From Chiloscyllium plagiosum (Eukaryota): DNA of 29,515 nucleotides. The notes beneath the pieces are model-generated. The model made no database searches and was not told the origin of the DNA. It saw only the letters and a list, made by a program, of their open reading frames with translations. Where the stretch lies: contig NC_057749.1 of NCBI RefSeq assembly GCF_004010195.1, forward strand, positions 24,100,510 through 24,130,024, in the 5' to 3' direction. The number at the start of each line of letters is the position of its first letter. The stretch's first letter is position 1. Shown in pieces: positions 10,531 to 21,778 of this stretch. A program made the translations under genes and the position numbers.

Positions 10531-11578
10531 CACCGCCAATGCCTTTATAATCTCCTTCAGAACCATGGGGTACAATCCATCTGGTCCAGGTAATTTATCC
10601 ACCTTTAGGCCTTTCATTTCCCCAGCACCTTCTCCTTAGTGATGGCTGCTATGTTCACCTCTGTCCCCTGACTGTTGAAATTTTGGTATGCTAATGATGT
10701 CTTCCACTGTGAAAACCGTTGCGAAGTACCTATTCAGTTCCTCTGCCATTTCTTTGTTCCCCATTACTACTTCTCCAGCCTCATTTTCCAGTGGTCTGAA
10801 ATCCACTTTTATCTTTCTCTTAACTTATATATATTAAAAAAAACTCTTGTAATCATCTTTTTTATTACGAGCTAGCTTACTTTCATATTTCACCTTCTCC
10901 CCCTTTATTGATTTTTTAAAGTTATCCTCTGCTGGTTTTTAAAGGCATCCCAATTCTCTGGTTTCTGACTAATTTTCACCACATTGCATGTTTTTTTCTT
11001 TTGTTTTTACGTTGTCCCTGCCTCCCTTTGTCAGCTGTGGTTACCTCATCCTCCCTTTAGTCTGTTTCTTCTTCCTTGGGACAAATTTCCGCTGGGCCTC
11101 CCGAATTACTCCCAAAAACTCCTGCCCCTGCTGCTCCGCCATCTTCCCTGCTAGACTCCTCTTCCCATCAACTCTGGCCAGCTCCTCCCTCCTGTCTTTG
11201 TAGTTACCTTCACTCAGTTTTAATACATCTGATTTCAGCTTCTCCCTCCCAAACTGCAGGGTGAATTCTAACATAGTACAGCTTCCCCCCCCCCCCCCTC
11301 CAGAGATTCCTTCACCTTAAGCACCTTAATCAAGTCAGCCTCATTACACAGCACCAAATCCAGAATTGCCTGCTCCCTAATGGGCTATACCAGAAGCTGC
11401 TCCAAAAAGCCATCGTGCATACATTCCACAAATTCTTTTCTTGAGATCCACTATCAATCTGATTTTCCCAGTCCACCTGCATATTGAAGTCCTCCATGGT
11501 TATTGTAATAGTGCTTTTCTTACACGCCTTTTCCATCTCTTGTTTATTCTCTTCCCCACATCCTGACCTTTTTTTTTT

Positions 11579-12331
11579 AGGTATTTTAGGTGTTGGAGGT
11601 GATTTCCTCGAATTCCAGGAGCAGCAATTACTGTTTAATATGCTGTGGCATTGTTTTGGAACTTTGGAGAAAAAAATAAAGTCAGAACCGCTGCACTTTT
11701 AAAAGGAGGAAAGACAGACAGAGAAAGCGAGCACACGGTCGGAAAGGAGAGATGGTAAAAGGAACCTGCTAAAAGTGAAGCTGCACAGTTACTGCCTTTG
11801 CTGTTTGAGCTCATGGACATCACAGAGTGCATCTCAGAAAAATCAACAAACAGCAAAATTCACAGCTGACCTTGGAGGAACCAGCGCAGGAACAGATAAG
11901 TGCATAGTTTTTAACATGTAACCTTGCTGTACACCTGCAGTACCAAATAGAGTGGGTTCTTTCTTGATTATATGCTTAATTTAAATTTGTCTCTTAATTA
12001 CATTTTTTAAAATGTAAATCATAAGTATTAAGTTAGCCTGCAGCACCGTTTCTCAGGGCAAAATAACTGCTATTTTCTGGATCTGTCGATTGTGAAGGAG
12101 CAAAAATGGCCTTTAATAGTGGGATGTGCTCTTCCTGTCAGGTGTGGGAGTTTAGGGAGAGTTTCCATGTTACTGATGATTAAGTCCGCAGGAAGTGTCT
12201 TTGGTTTTGAATCCTGTCGTGTTGCATGGATCAGTTGGAGCGATAGTTAGAGGCAATGAGGAATTTACAAGAGCTCGGGGTTGTGATGGATGGCAGTTAT
12301 AGGAAAGGAGAAAAGCTGCAGATACAGTCAG
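11579..12331 (+). mobile_element. CR1 5' UTR and ORF1 N-terminus (zinc finger/leucine zipper), pseudogenised
   Basis: From ATG at 12106: MAFNSGMCSSCQVWEFRESFHVTDD*VRRKCLWF*ILSCCMDQLER*LEAMRNLQE, i.e. CxxC...(C)xxC plus heptad repeats typical of CR1 ORF1. Confidence 0.75.
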
Positions 12332-12545
12332 AACTCCATCCTCATCCCATTGGTCCAATTCATCAAGATCCTTTTGTACTCTTCGATAACCTTTCACTGC
12401 CAAAACACCACAGATTTAGGTGTCATCTGCAAACTAATTAACCATGTTTCCTAAATGCTTGTCCAACTTGTTTATATAAACGACAAACAGCAGTGGACCC
12501 AGCACCGATCCCAGCTGGACCCTGCTAGTCACAGGTCTCCAGTCT
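12332..12545 (-). mobile_element. CR1 RT fragment
   Basis: Minus strand includes SVLGPLLFVVYINKLD, FADDT and QKDLDELDQW. Confidence 0.85.
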
Positions 12546-12552
12546 GACCTAA

Positions 12553-12916
12553 CATCGGGACACAGACAGATATTAACTTCAATGCATTATCTGAGCTGAG
12601 ATGGCACCTATTGTTAAAGCTATCTTGAGAATGTAACTTTAAAAAAGTTATGGGATTTACATATGAAAGAACCGAAACTAACGTGATCATTCTAAAAGAT
12701 GAAAGACCCAAGCTAAATTTGTTTAATATCGCATTCCATGACACTGCAATCCTGTTACTATAAAGTCTGTGCCTTATGATTCTGCTCCACATCCACCTGA
12801 TGAAGGAGCATCGCTCCGAAAGCTAGTGCTTCCAAACAAACCTGTTGGACTATAACCTGGTGTTGTGTGATTTTTAACTTTGTCCACCCCAGTTCAACAC
12901 CGGCATCTCCAAATCA
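12553..12916 (+). mobile_element. Probable PLE 3' UTR/pLTR (family C)
   Basis: Non-CR1 segment between two CR1 pieces, carrying an intact hammerhead followed by an ~88-nt tail. The PLE assignment is inferred from the HHR type; no ORF is present. Confidence 0.65.
12794..12828 (+). ncRNA. Minimal type-I hammerhead ribozyme, family C, intact
   Basis: CAC-CUGAUGA-A-GGAGC-AUC-GCUCC-GAAA-GC-UA-GUG: stem I CAC/GUG, 5-bp stem II, AGCU palindrome, CUA triplet. Confidence 0.85.
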
Positions 12917-13290
12917 GTCCAACCATGGCAACATCCTTGTAATTATTTTCTGAATCCTTTCAAGTTTCACAATATCCTCCACAATATTCCAACAGTGTAC
13001 AGCCGGAACATGACCTCCCAACTCCTATACTCACTGCTCTGACCAATGAAGGAAAGCATACCAAACACTTTCTTCACTACCCTATCTACCTGCAAATCCA
13101 CTTTCATGGAACTATGAACCTGCACTCCAAGGTCTCTTTGTTCAGCAACACTCCATCGGACTTTAAGTGCATACATCCTCTGATTTGCTTTTCCAAAATG
13201 CAGCACCTCGCATTTATCTAAATTAAACTCCATCTGCCACTCCTCAGCCCATTGGCCCATCTGATCGAGATCCCGTTGTACTCTGACATA
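12917..13290 (-). mobile_element. CR1 RT C-terminal fragment
   Basis: QRDLDQMGQWAEEWQMEFNLDKCEVLHFG...EQRDLGVQVHSSMKV. Confidence 0.92.
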
Positions 13291-13461
13291 CATCTAAATT
13301 GAAAGAACTTAGATTTTAAGCTAACAAGGATAGCTCTTTCTTGTAGCTGGTTCATACCTATCTGCAGGTCTTTAGTCACAGAAGCTGGGTGTTAGAATTC
13401 AGTGATCTTTGACATTGCCATACAGCTATGTGTCCATTTGTTGACTGACAGGTACTGATAA

Positions 13462-13750
13462 GTAAAAACAATGACTGCAGATGCTGGAAAATCAGATTCT
13501 GGGTTAGAGTGGTGCTGGAAAAGCACAGCAGTTCAGGCAGCATCTGAGGAGCAGGAAAATCAACGTTTCGGGCAAAAGCCCTTCATCAAGAATAGAGGCA
13601 GAGTGCCTGTAGGGTGGAGAGATAGATGAGAGGACAGTGCTGAGCTAGAAGTTTGGAACTGGGGTGAGGTGGGGGAAGGGGAAGTGACGAAACTGGTGAA
13701 GTCCACATTGATGCCCTGGGGTTGAAGTGTTCCGAGGGGGAAGATGAGTA
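13462..13750 (-). mobile_element. PLE family B: GIY-YIG C-terminus, 3' UTR, hammerhead (13557-13593, C3 mutated) and tail
   Basis: LIFPLGTLQPQGINVDFTSF matches the LxTLxPxGLN-type PLE C-terminal motif; HHR reads UUGAUGA-A-GGGC-UUUU-GCCC-GAAACGUU. Confidence 0.85.
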
Positions 13751-14066
13751 GCCATGGCAGGCTGCCTGGCTCTGAATCGGCACTAAACCGTAAGGCAACC
13801 AGCTCTAGCTGAGAGCCCAATTCATAAAGAGGCAAGGCTTGGAAGAGATGCCGTGAGCATCCATATAAGGTCAAAGTGAGTGAGTGTTAAGAGAGTGAGC
13901 AAGGAGCACTGAGATGCAGCCTGGTCCAACCCATGAGATGGGTGTCTGTCCCTGCTTGCAAATGTCCTGGCGGCAGCATTACACTGGGAGGCAATAGTGT
14001 GCTCCAAATTACAGCATTGAAATACACAATCATATTCTAAGTGGATTGGAAATGTGCCATGAGGGT

Positions 14067-14812
14067 TGTGATGATCCTGTGCCTTTAAGAGGTGTGTTCT
14101 GTGCTGTTCCTCTTGCAGCGGGGGGTTGTCACAATGGTCCCGAAATCTCTCCTTCAGACAGGCCATTGATTAACAGCTTTCAGTCCTCCCTAAGTGTTTT
14201 TGTTTTACAGTAAGACAAAAGCACTATGAGTTGGTGGAGTCATGCTCCCACAGACTCAAAAGGCTTTGGTTTTGCTTTCAGTGAGTTGATTAGGGTTTTG
14301 CAGGCTGCTGGAGCGAACAGCTGGAGTTCCCTGCTGAAAGAGTGAAGTCTTAGACAGAGAGGCTTCCTTTTCAAAATCAAAAGGGACAGATTGTTTCTTT
14401 CTTCTGGACTGGAGCAAGACAGCACATGAGACTCATAACTGTGCGGCTGAATTGTCTTTGCCAAGTGTGTGTTTACGGGATGCTGCCTATAGTTTTTTTC
14501 TTTTTTTCTCTCTTTTTCACACTGACTGTAGCACCAGCCAGCACAGAGTCAGTCCCCTAAACTGAGGAGACACTACATCACCTGGTTATATATTTCTTTA
14601 CTTTTTGGGATGCTGCCAGTTGATGATTAGTGGTTAAATAATACATTACCTTGTTAAGTATTTCAACAGAGTAAAGTTATGCCAATTTTTCTTTTGTTGC
14701 ATTTCAACTGTGTTGGAAGACAAAAGTGTTTTGATTAAATCCTAGTGGAGGACCAATCGAATCATATCTGGAACACTGTGCCTTACACTTGTCTTCAGGC
14801 TATCCCCATAAC
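14067..14812 (+). mobile_element. Possible solo LTR remnant
   Basis: Starts TGTGATG, ends CCATAAC (TG...CA-like), with LTR-like length and composition. No TSD seen. Confidence 0.35.
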
Positions 14813-15384
14813 TTGCTTTTGGGGTGCAGTGAATGTCTGTGCCAGCAGGGGGAGTGAAAGTGGTCATTGCCCATTGCCAAACGTTGATGACCAGTGAGAT
14901 GTAAAGCTGGAGTCACCAGGTACCTGCTCTGACTCTCACTTTGGGAATTGTCCCCGTCTAGTTTCTATCCCACGCATGAGAAAGTGGGAAACCGCATATT
15001 AATGAGGCACAAATTCACTAGTTTTGAGGCGTCACTGGATGCAAATAAGTCTCCGGCTGCTCACTGGTGAGATTGCTGTGTCAGCATTCACGACTTGGTT
15101 TCTAGAATGGGAGTTCCTTTCTCTCGACATTGAGAATCTCATGACTGCAGCTCTGACCGAATCTCCCCAACTGGGAACACTCCACCCCCAACCCTACCGG
15201 GGGTTGTCCGGGGTTCTCCAGGGGGCAGGGCGTAAAACTAGCTGCAACAGAAGTGGAAGCTGTTCAACTAGTTGACAAGATTCAGCAGAAAATCAGAACA
15301 TGATCAACTCCGGTGGGGGAAGGGGAGAGAGCAGGATAGACAAGGAGGAAGATTAAAAAAAACAGGAGAGAGGGTGAGAAAGGA

Positions 15385-15471
15385 TATGGACTCGAAACGT
15401 TAACTCTGTTTCTCTCTCTACAGATGCTGCCAGACCTGCTGAGTTCTTCCAGTGTTCTCTGTGTTTATTTC
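15385..15471 (+). mobile_element. HHR mini-element, family D, degenerate 5' part
   Basis: GACTCGAAACGTTAACTCTGTTTCTCTC..CAGATGCTGCCAGACCTGCTGAG, homologous to the reverse complement of 21680-21778. Confidence 0.7.
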
Positions 15472-15719
15472 ACAGTGTGTATAGTTACAGGGAGGGAGCT
15501 GGGATAATCTGACCCTCTAACATGCTGTATGCATCATTAAATGAAAGAAACGCAGAGCAAAACCATTTAACCCACTGTCTGTGCTAGCACCTGGAAAGAT
15601 CCAAGCCCCTCACCTGCTCTTTTCTATAATGACACCATTGAAAGCCAATTATTTCATCAGCACATTCTGGAATTTTGGAACTTTTGCTGAGGATCCCAGT
15701 CAATTTTGTTTTCAGTCAG

Positions 15720-17150
15720 GGAGAAAGGAGAACATAGAGAGGGGGAATGGCAGTGTGAGAAAGAGAGAGAGAGAGAAAATAAGTGCAGTTAGACAATGGA
15801 GAGATGAACAGAAAGAGAGAGAGGAGAACAGAGAATGAGAGAGAGGGGGAGAGAAATAAGGGCAGAGGGTGAGAAAGAGAGAGAGAAGGTACAAAGGAAG
15901 AGGTGGATAGAGAGAGNNNNNNNNNNNNNNNNNNNNNNNNNNNNNNNNNNNNNNNNNNNNNNNNNNNNNNNNNNNNNNNNNNNNNNNNNNNNNNNNNNNN
16001 NNNNNNNNNNNNNNNNNNNNNNNNNNNNNNNNNNNNNNNNNNNNNNNNNNNNNNNNNNNNNNNNNNNNNNNNNNNNNNNNNNNNNNNNNNNNNNNNNNNN
16101 NNNNNNNNNNNNNNNNNNNNNNNNNNNNNNNNNNNNNNNNNNNNNNNNNNNNNNNNNNNNNNNNNNNNNNNNNNNNNNNNNNNNNNNNNNNNNNNNNNNN
16201 NNNNNNNNNNNNNNNNNNNNNNNNNNNNNNNNNNNNNNNNNNNNNNNNNNNNNNNNNNNNNNNNNNNNNNNNNNNNNNNNNNNNNNNNNNNNNNNNNNNN
16301 NNNNNNNNNNNNNNNNNNNNNNNNNNNNNNNNNNNNNNNNNNNNNNNNNNNNNNNNNNNNNNNNNNNNNNNNNNNNNNNNNNNNNNNNNNNNNNNNNNNN
16401 NNNNNNNNNNNNNNNNNNNNNNNNNNNNNNNNNNNNNNNNNNNNNNNNNNNNNNNNNNNNNNNNNNNNNNNNNNNNNNNNNNNNNNNNNNNNNNNNNNNN
16501 NNNNNNNNNNNNNNNNNNNNNNNNNNNNNNNNNNNNNNNNNNNNNNNNNNNNNNNNNNNNNNNNNNNNNNNNNNNNNNNNNNNNNNNNNNNNNNNNNNNN
16601 NNNNNNNNNNNNNNNNNNNNNNNNNNNNNNNNNNNNNNNNNNNNNNNNNNNNNNNNNNNNNNNNNNNNNNAGAGAGAGACTCGGTTACAGAGAGAGAGAG
16701 AGACTCGGTTACAGAGACAGAGAGAGAGACTCGGTTACAGAGAGAGAGAGAGACTCGGTTACAGAGACAGAGAGAGACTCGGTTACAGAGAGAGAGAGAG
16801 ACTCGGTTACAGAGAGAGAGTGAGAAGGAGGAAGAGCCAGGACAGCAAGTAAAGGAGAGAGACAGGGAAAGAGAGAGAGGCTGGAGAGAAAGAGAGAAGG
16901 GTGCGAGAGAGAAGTGAGTAAGAAGGAGTGAAATAAGGAAGGAAGGAAGGAATGAGAGAGGGCATAAGGGAGAGATGGAGAAGGATCGGTGTGGGGGAAG
17001 GGCAGAGAGAAATGGAGTGGTAACGGTGGGGAAGGGAAAGAGGCAGAGAATAAGAGAAAGAAGGAGAGGTGGAGAGAGCAAGCGAGAGACAGAGAGAGAT
17101 TTTTAAAAAAGAGGGAGAGAGTAAGAAAGAATGGGAGAGAGGAAAGCTGG
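15720..17150 (+). repeat. Purine-rich (GA)n low-complexity tract spanning the gap 15917-16670
   Basis: Almost entirely A/G on the plus strand on both sides of the gap. Confidence 0.9.
16671..16820 (+). repeat. Minisatellite, 24-26 bp unit (AG)n-ACTCGGTTAC, 6 copies
   Basis: CTCGGTTAC at 16680, 16704, 16730, 16754, 16778 and 16802. Confidence 0.95.
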
Positions 17151-17724
17151 CGTTTGAGAACACTAGATGTTTCTGAGTCAGCAAAGGAGAAGCCTTTCTA
17201 AATTTGTCTCCCAGTTGCAGCTCTGGCTAATTTAGGGAACATCTTAATTTATCACAAGGGAGAAAATTTCCATAAGGTCCAAGGAGAAATAGGCGACTGA
17301 GTCCATCGAGAGAAACACTGGACTGGCCCAGAGATTTCTGAAAATAAACCCCTTTTATCTTCATAGGTGTAAACAAACCCCCCTCCCCCCCCCCCGGTGG
17401 CATGTGAAATGAAATCACATTCCTCCTCCTGTTTAACCTCTCTCGTTCCGTGCTGCCTACAGTGAGGGGGTCGCTACTCTGAAATGTGCTGAGGTGTGGA
17501 CATCAGTCCCGATCTGGGTGAGCTGAGCTCACTTACTGTAACATGATGCCACTTCGGTTAGACCACCATTCTCTGCTTCGGAGTCCAAGTCATCTCCAGT
17601 GTTCCAGAGTCTATAAATCATTGGAGGATTTCACGAAGAGAATGTTAGCGTTGATTTTATTTTTGAGTCTTTACCTCACTCAGATTTCAGAGAACTCAAC
17701 GTCACAAAATAAAGAAAAATCATC

Positions 17725-17968
17725 TTGAGGGACAATTTCTTCACACCAAGGGTGGTCTGTATATGGAATGAGCTGCCAGAGGAAGTGGTAGATGTCAGGT
17801 ACAGTTACAACACTTAAAAGGCATTTGGACAGGTACATGAATAGGAAAGGTTTTGACGGACATGGGCCAAACGCAAGAAAATGGGGCTAGTTTAGTTGGG
17901 GAAACCTGGTTAGCATGGATGAGTTGGACCGAAGGGTCTGTTTCTGTGCTGTATGACTCCATGACTTG
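17725..17968 (+). mobile_element. CR1/HER1 3' end
   Basis: TTCTTCACACCAAGGGTGGTCTGTATATGGAATGAGCTGCCAGAGGAAGTGG and TATGACTCCATGAC tail. Confidence 0.88.
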
Positions 17969-18039
17969 ATCTCATGGCCACCTTGTCGAAATCTGAAGCA
18001 ATTTGCAATCCATTCCAAAGTATATTCTGTTCATTTCTG

Positions 18040-18960
18040 GATTTGTTCACAAGATGTGAGCATCAATGGCTCAGCCAATATTTGTTACCATCTCTCATAT
18101 TCTTGACAACGAGGTGGGAAGCTGTCTTCTCAATTTGTTGCAAGTTGTAGGGGCACCCATAGTGCTACTCAGAAGGGAGATCCAGGATTGGATCCAGCGA
18201 CACTGAAGGAATGATGAATTAGTTTCTGGTCAGGATGGTGGGAGGCTTGGAGGCGAACTTCTAAGCAGTGATGTTCCCATGCCCTTGTGCTCCCATGTGG
18301 TCAAGGTCATGGGTATGAAAGGTCATGCTGAGTGGGCCTCTTGTCATGTTGCTGCACTTTATCCTGTAAAAGGTACACACTGCTGCTACTTTGCCTGCCT
18401 GGTGGAAGAGGTGAATGTTGGAAGGTGATGGGCTCAGTGCCAATCTCCAGCCGGCTTTGTCCTGGATGGTATTGAGTTTCTTGGGTGTTGTCGGAGTTGC
18501 ACTCATCCAGGCAAGTGGAGAGCGTTCCATCACACTCCTGACTTGTAGGTGATAGTCTGGCTTTGGGGAGTCTAGCAGTAAGGTGAGAACTCCCAGACTC
18601 TGACTTACTCCTGTAGCCAAAGTATTTTAACAGCTGGTTCAGTTCCATTTCTGGTTAATGGTAATCCCCCATTAGTGGGAGTTTCAACAATGGTTATCCG
18701 TCAAAGGGAGATAGTTACAAGTTGCCGAAAATAGCTCTTGCCAAGTATTCATCTGACACTCATTACTCACCACTTATCAACTCACATCTCAATATGTCGA
18801 GCTCTCACTGCCTCTGCATGTGTTTCAGTGCCTGAGGAGTTGTGAATGGAACTGAGCATTGTGCAATCCTCACTACTGGCCTTATAATGGCATGGAAGTT
18901 ATTGATGAAGATTATTGGATCAAGGATCTGAGGAACTCTGCTGGGAAGGAGATTATTAAC
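18040..18960 (-). mobile_element. LINE-B ORF2 C-terminal region
   Basis: ORF 18261-18620 QVRSVMERSPLAWMSATPTTPKKLNTIQDKA; homologous to 7385-7955. Confidence 0.8.
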
Positions 18961-19229
18961 TTCCAACAATTGAGGATCTAAAATGTGAATTTTCAGCTCA
19001 TCAAAAATTTCAAGAGGAGAATAACTAAATAGGTGATTTGTCACATTCACTTGTGACTTCGTTAATAAAGCTACGACTGGCACATCATAATCACCAATTA
19101 AACACATCAGTCTTAAAATTAAGTGGAAACAAACAAGTCTGAAATATATGAAAAAAGGTTATAATGTTGTCCTCCTCTGTATTCCCATCTTCCTTAACAC
19201 TAGGTATTTGGATCATTTGTTAGCACAAT

Positions 19230-19462
19230 GTTGGATAAGGGGTAAATGTTAGCTAAGGAGAATGTTACAGTCTTCTTTAGAATTGGAGCCAGGAGAAGGG
19301 AAGGCAGACCGAGTCTTATTCTCATGTTTCAGGCTGACAGAGTGGCATCCCATCAGTACTGAACAGGAGAGTCAGTCTAGATTTTATGCTCAGCTATAAG
19401 CAAATAACATTAGGACGCTGAGAGGTCAGAGTGCATGCCCTTTGAACCATTACTGGCACTGA
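19230..19462 (-). mobile_element. DeuSINE (SacSINE1/AmnSINE-like) remnant
   Basis: GGCATCCCATCAGTACTGAACAGGAGAGTCAGTCTAGATTTTATGCTCA resembles the reversed Deu-domain core (from recalled consensus). Confidence 0.55.
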
Positions 19463-19487
19463 GCAAGGCCTGTCTAATGGCTACACC

Positions 19488-19615
19488 GAGGTGAAAGTGA
19501 GGGCTGCAGATGCTGGAGATCAGAGTTGAGAGTGTGGTGCTGGAAAAGCACAGCAGGTCAGGCAGCATCCGAGGAGCAGGAGAATCGATGTTTCAGGCAA
19601 AAGCCCTTCATCAGG
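19488..19615 (-). mobile_element. HHR mini-element, family B
   Basis: Minus strand CUGAUGA-A-GGGC-UUUU-GCCU-GAAACAUC (core 19608-19614) plus full tail; similarity ends 1-2 nt 5' of the core. Confidence 0.85.
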
Positions 19616-20084
19616 GCTCTACTGACTACAGCTACTTCAGTTTATAAACCAGAAATGCCAAGATTGAAAAAAAGTCAATACCTGAGATCTGGAGACACAC
19701 AGACTTTGAAAATCTTAAATTAATTTTAAATTGCCAATAAACAGAATGAATGGATATAGCTGTAACTATTTTCAAAAATCACATTTGTACAATTGCTTGG
19801 TATTACAGAGTTTGAAAATTGCTAAAAAGAAATTTGAAGATTTTCATCTTGCATTCATCGGGATTGAAATACAGGAAAACAATCTGAGAAGGTTTATAGA
19901 AAGCTTCAAGTTCATGTCTCTCTTTATCCATATTTAATAACATGTACAGCACTTGGTTAATCAGTGCTAACATCTGAACTCAGTTGAGAGTGCAGCTAAT
20001 CAACAGGAGTCCTTACTTGTCATCCAATCTACATTAAAAGATTATGGAACCTGTAAAGATCCAATCATTTCTCTTTTTTTATTA

Positions 20085-20253
20085 TCCATTCACAGCAGGC
20101 AGTTAAGAGTGAACCCCATTGCTGTGGGTCTGGAGTCACGTGTAGGCCAGACCAGGTAAGGACGGCAGTTTCCTTCCCAAAAGGACATTAAGCAAACCAG
20201 ATGGGCTTTTCCAACAATGGATTCCAGGTCATCATTAGATTCTTAATTCCATA
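20085..20253 (-). mobile_element. SINE family B fragment
   Basis: GGGTCTGGAGTCACGTGTAGGCCAGACCAGGTAAGGACGGCAGTTTCCTTCCC...CCAGATGGG. Confidence 0.8.
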
Positions 20254-20411
20254 TTGGACTGTGGGAAGAAACCGGAGCACCCGGAGGAAACCCTTGCAGA
20301 TACAGGGAGAATGTGCAAACACCACACAGACAGTCGCCCGAGGCTGGAATCGAACCTGGGTCGGTAGCGCTGTGAGGCTGCAGTGCTCACCACTGAGCCA
20401 CCGTGCCACCC
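20254..20411 (-). mobile_element. HE1 V-SINE 5' half
   Basis: Reversed A box (CCACTGAGCCA), reversed B box (GGAATCGAACC) and V-domain. Confidence 0.9.
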
Positions 20412-20932
20412 CATTATTGACTCTGATTTCCAGCATCTGCAGTCCTCACTTTCTCCTCTCTCTGAAGCTTTCCCATCAGTCTCATACCCCCGATCTGACC
20501 CCAAGGCCCTGCCTTTTCCCTCGAACTTGCATCAGTTTTACTTTTGAGATCAGTGATTGTTTCAGTTTCCACGATCCTCATAGACACGAGTTACCAATCG
20601 CTACTCAACAGAAACCACATCCTTCCTCATGTTTCCCTGTATCTCTTGCTCTACATCTTAATCTGTGTCCCCCTAGTCCTCATAACATCAACTAATGCAT
20701 TTCTTTGTTGACCTTATCCAAATCTGTTATCATCTTGACCAGCTCACCCCCCTCCCAAACCCTTTATTCCAAGGAAAACAAATCCGACTTTTTCAATCTA
20801 ATCTTCATTCCTGGAACCACCCTGGTCCCTCTCCTCTGCACTCTCTCAAAGTCCGAAAGTGTCATGAATAAGGTTATTCATAAAAGAACAAGCTCATCGA
20901 AGGGCATGATTTATAATTACAGAAACAAACTG

Positions 20933-21520
20933 AATCATAGACATAGAGTCATACAGCAGAGAAACAGGCCCAACTCGTCCATGCCGACCAGATTTCCTGA
21001 ACTAGTCCCACTTGCCTGTACTGGGCCCATATCCCTCTAAACCTTTCCTGTCCATGCATCTGTCCAAATGTCTTATTAAATGCTTTTAATTTGTACCCAC
21101 GCCTACCACTTCCTCTGGCAGGTCCTCCCACACACGCATCACCCGCTGTGTGAAAAGTTCCACCTTAGCCCTTGTTAAATCTTTCTCCCTCTCATCTTAA
21201 ACCTATGCCACCAGTTTTGGACTCCTCTACCCTGGAGAAAAGACCTTGGCTATCCATCCTATTTGTATGACCATAAGACATACAAGCAGAAATTAGGCCA
21301 TTCAGCCCATCAAGTCTGCTCCGCCATTCAATCATGGCTGATACGTTTCTCATCCCCATTCTCCCGCCTTCTCCCCATAACCCTTGATCCCATTGACAAT
21401 CAAGAACCTATCTATCTCTTAAATACACTCAATGACCCTCATGATTCAACAAACCTTGATAAGGTCACCCCTCAGCCTCCTCCGCTACAGGATAAAAAAG
21501 CCACGGCCTATTCAGCTTCC
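20933..21520 (-). mobile_element. Cluster of CR1 3'-end fragments
   Basis: CATAGAGTCATACAG tail, reversed HTAGDACV/QRV.VW region, and a second tail CATAAGACATA at 21273. Confidence 0.8.
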
Positions 21521-21679
21521 CCCCACCAATCTGGTGTGAATTGTAAGGAAGAGGTTCTGCTTGACTAACCTTTAAACTGTGTATTAAATCATAGTGCTAT
21601 AAATAAAGGGACACAGTTGATACTAGACTTTCAGATGAAGTTTATTACAGAGTGCACAGAGAAGTCAAATTTACATTTA

Positions 21680-21778
21680 CAAAAACAGAATTTTTTAGAA
21701 AAGCTCAGCAGATCTGGCAGTATCGGTGGAGAGAAATCAGAGTTAATGTTTCGGGTCGAGTGACCCTTCCTCAGAACT
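21680..21778 (-). mobile_element. 99-bp HHR mini-element, family D, TSD-bounded (HHR 21741-21778)
   Basis: Minus strand AGUU-CUGAGGA-A-GGGUC-ACUC-GACCC-GAAA-CA-UU-AACU. TSD AATTT(A/G)CATTTA at 21668-21679 and 21779-21790. Confidence 0.85.

Larger units (their letters stand above)
8762..11567 (-). mobile_element. Long decayed CR1 ORF2 (APE endonuclease to RT C-terminus) with three nested insertions
   Basis: MEDFNMQVDW (GDFN motif), KVDKLPGPDGLYPMVLKE, TFSDDAKIGG (FADD motif), LEGVLRRFTTMIP; many stops and frameshifts. Confidence 0.9.

Noticed and set aside
14841..14856. CTCF-like motif CCAGCAGGGGGAG
   Set aside because: A single motif match without supporting data, probably inside a decayed repeat.
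16671..16820. CRISPR-like repeat-spacer pattern
   Set aside because: Spacers are (AG)n, the context is eukaryotic and no cas genes are present; it is a minisatellite.
15789..17081. 430/360/306-aa ORFs with ER/SL repeats
   Set aside because: Gap plus GA low-complexity sequence and minisatellite translation.
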